64,000 bases of DNA, from sequence record ON210139.1. One strand, given 5' to 3'. The translations under genes and the position numbers were made by a program. The stretch is from Escherichia phage EC128. Position 1 is the first letter of the stretch. Each line of letters begins with the position of its first letter. This document shows positions 58,306-64,000 of this stretch, piece by piece. Below the pieces are notes generated by a model. That model saw only the letters and a program-made list of their open reading frames with translations, was not told the DNA's origin and did no database searches.

Positions 58306-60284
58306 TGTGATATAGGCTCCAAATCGATAGTTAAGTATTGTGGACGTAAGTCATTTTCAAATACAATCAGTGAACCATCGCGAGTAAAGATAACATCATC
58401 AGTTGGGTCAGAATATAATTCAATAGTCTGAACTTCAAATTTTTCAGATGTTAAATTAATTTTAGCGATATTCCAATAAATCATGTCAGCTGGATAATTT
58501 ATTTCACCGATAACATAGTATTTGTCGCGTCCATCAGAATTTGCTAATTTGTTAAAATCATTGCCTGTATACGGCTGAATGTTTTCATTTTCTGTAACAT
58601 CGCCAGAAGCAAATGGACCAATAATAACTTTACCGATTCCTTTAGAATCTCGGTCTGTTGATACTATACGAACGTCATATAATACATCTTCTTCTAAACC
58701 AGTATTAGGATTTACAACCTTTCGTCCAGAATTAAATGAAAACGTATTAGATTCCATAGAACGATCTTTTATTTGATTATTGTATTTAATACCCGCTTCA
58801 GGCGTTTTATAGAAGTTTTGTACTTCACGTACCATTTGAATTGTCGCGGATGAGCCAATGATAGAATGATCTGCATCATCTACATATGTCAACATCTTAG
58901 ATTTAGCGAAAGATGAGTTAAAAATTTCTACATCTTCGGTATAATAACGATCAATTTTATCAATTATTTGACCTTCTAGCCACTGTTCTGATTCTTGCAG
59001 CTTATTTAAAGCATATGTGACTTTTAAATTAGTCTTAACAAAAAGATAATTAGGAGAAATAATTGATGGTGTAATAGGAGCTAAATTATAATCTTTGAGA
59101 TAATTTTTAATATCTTCACGTTGTACAGTAGTTAAATATAGTCCTGATTTAGGTTTAGCAGCAATAAATGCATAACCAGGTTTAGTAGAATCAGTGAAAG
59201 TCTGAACCGCTTGAATAATAGAACCGAATCTTTCTGAAACGAATGTGTCATAGTCAGTTGCAGTTACGCAGCGTTGCTGGGTTTCACGTTTAATAGTACC
59301 CAATTCGCGAATACGTTCAATATCTTCTGGATCGCCGCCGCCATCTGCCCCAACAAAATCTGGGTCATCGTTTGGATTTTCATTAATATTGATGACAGTT
59401 ATATTTGTTAATGTATCTGCATATGAAAATCCGACTGCACCATTCGCATCTGCACCGTTAGTACTGATGTACTCAATAACAATCGTAGAGTTCTGGGTAG
59501 GTTTAAGACCTCCAATATAATTAGCAGTCAATGCTCCTTCTGCCGCATTAACAGAAATCTCGCCTTCACCAAAATAAAACTCAGTATTTCCATCAATAGT
59601 TTCACGCATATAGTAAATCGTTGATGTTGAACCAGCATGAACCATTGACTTTCTTGTCCAGTTAATCCATTCTGCTCCATCAACGTATAGTTTAACTTGG
59701 TTTCTATCTATATTTTTGTCATAAATGATAATAGGTGTTAATTTATCATAAATGATTTCAGTTCTTACTATACGTCCCTGGGCTAATTTTAAACGCGGAA
59801 AATATTGGTTATTTTTATCACGAATAGCAATAACGTCTTCGGTAGAAACGAAGTTATATGGATTAACAGAAGTATCTTTTGCATATGCTAAAAAGCGAGT
59901 TCCGCGAGGAATTGTAATGTAATTCCTATTCAATGCGTCGGTGCATGTTAACATAATTTCGGTCTGCGCAGCGGATTTTGAAGTAGGTAAATATCCGTTA
60001 TCTTGTGCAGCTTGAACAACTGAACTTCGTAAGTTAGCAGTACGCATAAAGCTTTCATACACAGCAGCATTACCAAACTGCTGAATGTATAATGTATTAT
60101 AAGCCAAAAGGTCGCACAGAACGTTTAATCTTGAGCCTTCAAAATCATAATCCAAAAATTCATTTTGGCCATTAAGCCATTCAATGAGGTTTTGTTTTAT
60201 TTCAGCAAACGTACCCCCGACGAATATCTCGGGAATAGCATTTGCTGTTCTTGTTAATTGATAATTTACAGGGGTATTTGCCAT
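58302..60284 (-). CDS. 6: baseplate wedge protein gp6, 660 aa
   Basis: Length and position as T4 gp6. Confidence 0.95.
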   Translation of the reverse strand: MANTPVNYQLTRTANAIPEIFVGGTFAEIKQNLIEWLNGQNEFLDYDFEGSRLNVLCDLLAYNTLYIQQFGNAAVYESFMRTANLRSSVVQAAQDNGYLPTSKSAAQTEIMLTCTDALNRNYITIPRGTRFLAYAKDTSVNPYNFVSTEDVIAIRDKNNQYFPRLKLAQGRIVRTEIIYDKLTPIIIYDKNIDRNQVKLYVDGAEWINWTRKSMVHAGSTSTIYYMRETIDGNTEFYFGEGEISVNAAEGALTANYIGGLKPTQNSTIVIEYISTNGADANGAVGFSYADTLTNITVININENPNDDPDFVGADGGGDPEDIERIRELGTIKRETQQRCVTATDYDTFVSERFGSIIQAVQTFTDSTKPGYAFIAAKPKSGLYLTTVQREDIKNYLKDYNLAPITPSIISPNYLFVKTNLKVTYALNKLQESEQWLEGQIIDKIDRYYTEDVEIFNSSFAKSKMLTYVDDADHSIIGSSATIQMVREVQNFYKTPEAGIKYNNQIKDRSMESNTFSFNSGRKVVNPNTGLEEDVLYDVRIVSTDRDSKGIGKVIIGPFASGDVTENENIQPYTGNDFNKLANSDGRDKYYVIGEINYPADMIYWNIAKINLTSEKFEVQTIELYSDPTDDVIFTRDGSLIVFENDLRPQYLTIDLEPISQ

Positions 60285-60292
60285 TTTAAATC

Positions 60293-60586
60293 CTATTTAA
60301 TGAATACTTTAGATGATGCCTGAGCCACAGTATCACCGCATGATATTGGATCAGCCATTTGAACAGCTTTCTTTCCAGTGACATATACCTTAGAAGTTCT
60401 AGGTTGTGTCACTCCGCCATGTGTTTCATATGGCTTTTTAATTTCTGTATGTTCTGTAATTGGATCACCTGCTACGAGAACAGCAATTCCTCCAGTGAAT
60501 ACTTTACTTTGTGTGGCATTCACAACTGTTGGAGGCCATGCTTCATGACCAGCAGTAACACACTTATCATAGCTTAATCCTGACAT
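60293..60586 (-). CDS. 5.4: PAAR-repeat spike-tip protein gp5.4, 97 aa
   Basis: Small PAAR-like protein between genes 5 and 6; length as T4 gp5.4. Confidence 0.88.
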
Positions 60587-61141
60587 TTATGGCCTCTCAT
60601 ATACATAGCTTCTCAATTTATTAGCCCAACGACTCCAATTTCCAACTATAGTTTTTGTATAATTTTTAACAAGAGTTTTTCTTATTGGAGCTGGAGGATT
60701 CGTCGGTTCAGTAGTATCAGAAGATGACCTAGAATTACTGCCAGAACCTCCAGATTCACCTTGTTCTTGGTAGTCATATATCAATGTTACTTCGTAAGTG
60801 AATGTCTTCTGGAGGTTCTGAGGAGCTTTCCATAGATATAACTGAGTATTAGAATCAGTTGGAAGGTCTTCCCATGAAGCAGCGGTTTTAAATTCATTAT
60901 CTAAACGATATTTCAACGCATCATTTCCAAATCCAAATACAGATTCATACGTTCCATATAAACGATTTTCTTCTACTAAAACCCCAGGAGTTTCTTCGTA
61001 ACTAGTTATATTTATAGATACTAACGTTTCACCTGTTTCTAATTGAGCGGTAAAGGTGACGTCGATAGAAGAACCTTCTATGGATTCTCCTAAATCAGCG
61101 CTCATTGGAAGTATATTAGCCAATGTCAATCCTCGATCCAT
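60587..61141 (-). CDS. hypothetical protein between gene 5 and 5.4 (5.1-like), about 184 aa
   Basis: Track start is TTG61144; ATG61141 overlaps gene 5 3' end by 26 nt; an alternative ATG at 61105 would not overlap; no clear SD. Confidence 0.55.
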
Positions 61142-62843
61142 CAATTGTGTATTGACCAGATGAAATAGAACTCATAGATGCCATTTTTTCTGTCCAATCA
61201 CCACCAACGTCCCAATCAACTGTCCCAGCAACTTTCCAAGAAAGATTTCCATTTACTGTGTTAGTTTGATTTCCTTCAACTAAAGTGGTAGCATCTCCTT
61301 TAACTGTAATGTCAGCATTACCTTCAACTACAATAGTAACATTACCTTTGACTAGGATAGTTCCATTACCTTCAACCGTCTTAGTTTCATCGCCACGCAC
61401 AAATATTGTATTGCTTCCATCTATCTGGTGAAGACGATTATCCATGTTGTAATAAATTTCTGATCCACCGACGTTAGTCTTTTTATCACCGGCTACCAAA
61501 AAATTACCGTCAGCGTTGGTTATATCATACAAATTATCAACAGTTTTTCTTGTTCTTCTTCCTGACGGTGATACTTCCTCATATGTTCCAGTAGGATGAA
61601 CTAATCTGTATCGTTCTTGTCCCGGGGTATCGTCAAATTCCTGAATATGACCGCTTTCAGTTTCCATTGTGTGAACATACGGATATTCACCTTTATATGA
61701 AGAAACAGGTTCTTTAAATAAAATTCTCGAATCATTCGGAATAGGAGGGTCAGCTGGATCAGAAGACTTTGCTACAGCAGCAGCCATTGCTGACAAAGAC
61801 CTAGCCGGTGTTTTCACTTCAACACCATATGATTCCAAATTCCCCGTAAGAATAATCATGGTAACACGGGATGCACGGCCTTTTGTTTGTTGATACCACA
61901 ATGAATCACGACCGGCTTTATATGCTTTTTCCCAATCTCCTGCTAACATAGCAGTTAACATTGTGTTAAATTTAGCTACACCGCCAACACCCATCTGAAA
62001 TGCCATATTTTCTAATGCCATTTGGCGAGAACGGTTGACAGCTTGCCAGACTGGTCCTACTTTAGAATGTGATTTAATGTCGCGTTGCATATCAGCCAAA
62101 TCACGTTCAAATAGAGTCGTCGCCTCTTCCATTGTAATAGAACCTGGGTTTCCAGTAATTTCACGACCAACTTGTTTCGATAAAACTTTATTAATTTGAG
62201 CCATATCACGAACTGGCTGCTTCATGATAAGATGACCAATACCAATTGTCGGATATCCTTCAGTATCCCAATAAACTTTTAGTCTTAATCCTTCATCACG
62301 GCGAAGCATTTCAGCCATTGACATATTTGGATTATCATCAGTTGGAATCTCTGATAGTGGTCTATCATCGGGATTTATTGCGGTGTCTAAGTTACTATCT
62401 TGAATAACATTAGAAGAGGAATCATATCCTACATCACCACCTTGGTTTAATACGTTCGTATCATTTCCTAAACGTCTAGGATATTGCCCAGTTGGGTCAG
62501 AAAATCCTTCAAGTCTATTCGGTTTTTCGCGAACTATTCCACCATACGTGCCAAGGACAATTCCGTTAGTTTTCCATTTGTCTAAAAAATGACCATAAAC
62601 TCTAGTTCCTTCTACCGGTCCAGTAACAGAACCTCCAATTCCAGACATTGCTGCAGAAGTTATAGGTTGAATAACTGACATCCATGGTAATTTTTCAGTT
62701 GGAATACCCATTACATCACCTTGCGCTCTTTGTGGTGGATGCAGACCAACCACACGAACACGAACACGACCTAATTTTAATGGGTCCATTCTATCTTCAA
62801 CAACACCAACAAACCAATTAAGGTTATTACTTATCATTTCCAT
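61116..62843 (-). CDS. 5: baseplate central spike with lysozyme domain gp5, 575 aa
   Basis: Lysozyme-like segment ..EGLRLKVYWDTEGYPTIGIGHLI.. and C-terminal beta-helix repeats (VxGxxxxx); length as T4 gp5. Confidence 0.95.
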   Translation of the reverse strand: MEMISNNLNWFVGVVEDRMDPLKLGRVRVRVVGLHPPQRAQGDVMGIPTEKLPWMSVIQPITSAAMSGIGGSVTGPVEGTRVYGHFLDKWKTNGIVLGTYGGIVREKPNRLEGFSDPTGQYPRRLGNDTNVLNQGGDVGYDSSSNVIQDSNLDTAINPDDRPLSEIPTDDNPNMSMAEMLRRDEGLRLKVYWDTEGYPTIGIGHLIMKQPVRDMAQINKVLSKQVGREITGNPGSITMEEATTLFERDLADMQRDIKSHSKVGPVWQAVNRSRQMALENMAFQMGVGGVAKFNTMLTAMLAGDWEKAYKAGRDSLWYQQTKGRASRVTMIILTGNLESYGVEVKTPARSLSAMAAAVAKSSDPADPPIPNDSRILFKEPVSSYKGEYPYVHTMETESGHIQEFDDTPGQERYRLVHPTGTYEEVSPSGRRTRKTVDNLYDITNADGNFLVAGDKKTNVGGSEIYYNMDNRLHQIDGSNTIFVRGDETKTVEGNGTILVKGNVTIVVEGNADITVKGDATTLVEGNQTNTVNGNLSWKVAGTVDWDVGGDWTEKMASMSSISSGQYTIDGSRIDIG

Positions 62844-63417
62844 AAGATTTCTCCATTATACGTATAAGGTCGTTCATAAATGAATTAATGTCTGATTTTG
62901 CTATTATTTTTATTTGACGAAGTTTTTCATTTTCAAGAACAGCAGCTTCATACGTATCGACCGCAGCAAGCGCTCCTTCATATTGAGGATATTTTTTAGC
63001 TTTATCGCCTTTATCATACCAAACATATGGATTATCATCGTATGATACTAAATTATAAAATTTTTCACCGTTTTCATTCACATGATATACTATTTGGTCT
63101 CCACCTACGTTTTTGTATTTTTGTATAGATGCTTGATAAGCAGCTTCTTGTGAAGTAATCCATCCATAATACGGGTCATAATTATCATTACACATCAATA
63201 AAACCCAATACAACTGCGGATTTCCATATATAGCATTTGCTAATTCTTCCGGGCGTGGTGAACCTTTAATATAATAAGTACGTAAGCGGTATCCCGCAAG
63301 AGCACGTTTGAAATAGTCTTTATAGTTTCTAAAAATATCTGTCATAGGAATAGTCGGCGCGTTTTTATTCACCGTTTTGGCCGCATATTCAATCGGATCA
63401 AAAAATGTAAAGAGCAT
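62827..63417 (-). CDS. 53: baseplate wedge protein gp53, 196 aa
   Basis: Length and position as T4 gp53. Confidence 0.9.
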   Translation of the reverse strand: MLFTFFDPIEYAAKTVNKNAPTIPMTDIFRNYKDYFKRALAGYRLRTYYIKGSPRPEELANAIYGNPQLYWVLLMCNDNYDPYYGWITSQEAAYQASIQKYKNVGGDQIVYHVNENGEKFYNLVSYDDNPYVWYDKGDKAKKYPQYEGALAAVDTYEAAVLENEKLRQIKIIAKSDINSFMNDLIRIMEKSYGNDK

Positions 63418-63430
63418 GGGCCCTCCTGTT

Positions 63431-63453
63431 TATAAATATATTATCTATTTATA
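63431..63453. promoter_or_regulatory. divergent late promoters for gene 4 (plus) and gene 53 (minus)
   Basis: TATAAATA on plus strand 63431-63438 and on minus strand at 63446-63453. Confidence 0.5.
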
Positions 63454-63464
63454 AGGAGAATCCA

Positions 63465-63917
63465 ATGGCATATTCTGGAAAATGGGTTCCTAAAAATATA
63501 TCAAAATATAGAGGTGACCCTAAAAAAATTACGTATAGATCAAATTGGGAAAAATTCTTTTTTGAATGGTTAGATAAAAATCCAGAAATTATTGCATGGG
63601 GTAGTGAAACAGCAGTAATTCCTTATTTTTGTAATGCAGAAGGGAAAAAACGTAGATACTTCATGGATATTTGGATGAAAGATTCTTCTGGACAAGAATT
63701 TTTTATTGAAATAAAACCTAAAAAAGAAACACAACCACCAGTTAAACCAGCACATCTAACAACTGCAGCGAAGAAAAGATTTATGAATGAAATTTATACA
63801 TATTCCGTTAATACCGACAAATGGAAAGCAGCGCAAGCTTTAGCTGAAAAGCGTGGAATAAAATTTAGAATTCTAACAGAAGATGGATTACGAGCTCTTG
63901 GCTTTAAGGGGGCATAA
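63465..63917 (+). CDS. 4: head completion protein gp4, 150 aa
   Basis: Length and position (divergent from gene 53) as T4 gp4; SD AAGGAG. Confidence 0.88.
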
Positions 63918-64000
63918 TGGCTATTTTTCAAATAATTAATGAAAGCACTCCCCAAGTTCCAAAGGTTAAGCAATCATTAAACGAAAAGAAATGGATTCAG
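63917..64000 (+). CDS. 2: N-terminal fragment of the gene after 4 (probably DNA end-protector gp2), 3' truncated by window edge
   Basis: TAATG overlap with gene 4 stop; [22 protein letters not shown].. runs to the window end; assignment by gene order only. Confidence 0.5.

Overview
This 64-kb window reads as a contiguous segment of a T4-like (Tequatrovirus-type) coliphage genome. All calls are from reading the sequence and ORF track against remembered T4 proteins and motifs; no database search was run. The plus strand carries an early/middle region: nrdB (split by a group I intron with an intact HNH homing endonuclease), denA, rnlA, alc, a spanin pair, pseT, cd, gene 31, rIII, a block of small ORFs, DNA ligase (30) and alt. 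The window then enters the late morphogenesis region, mostly on the minus strand: baseplate hub genes 54-48-29-28-27-51, divergent 26-25-uvsY, uvsW, a GIY-YIG endonuclease, inh, hoc, rnlB, head genes 24-23-22-21-68-67-20, tail and packaging genes 19-18-17-16-15-14-13-wac, baseplate genes 12 to 5 and 53, then genes 4 and 2 (partial). I found no CRISPR array, tRNA or rRNA. The most interesting items are: (1) a 54-nt early promoter plus stem-loop element present twice, upstream of alc and again after alt, where it drives an uncharacterised 96-aa ORF inserted into a decayed alt N-terminal duplicate; (2) three homing endonuclease genes, including a free-standing HNH gene wedged between genes 13 and 14; (3) a tandem Ig-domain duplication in hoc; (4) a NADAR-like/HAD-like gene pair upstream of ligase; (5) several small or ambiguous ORFs and RNA structures in the hyperplastic early regions. 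None of these is demonstrated to be a new system; they are leads.
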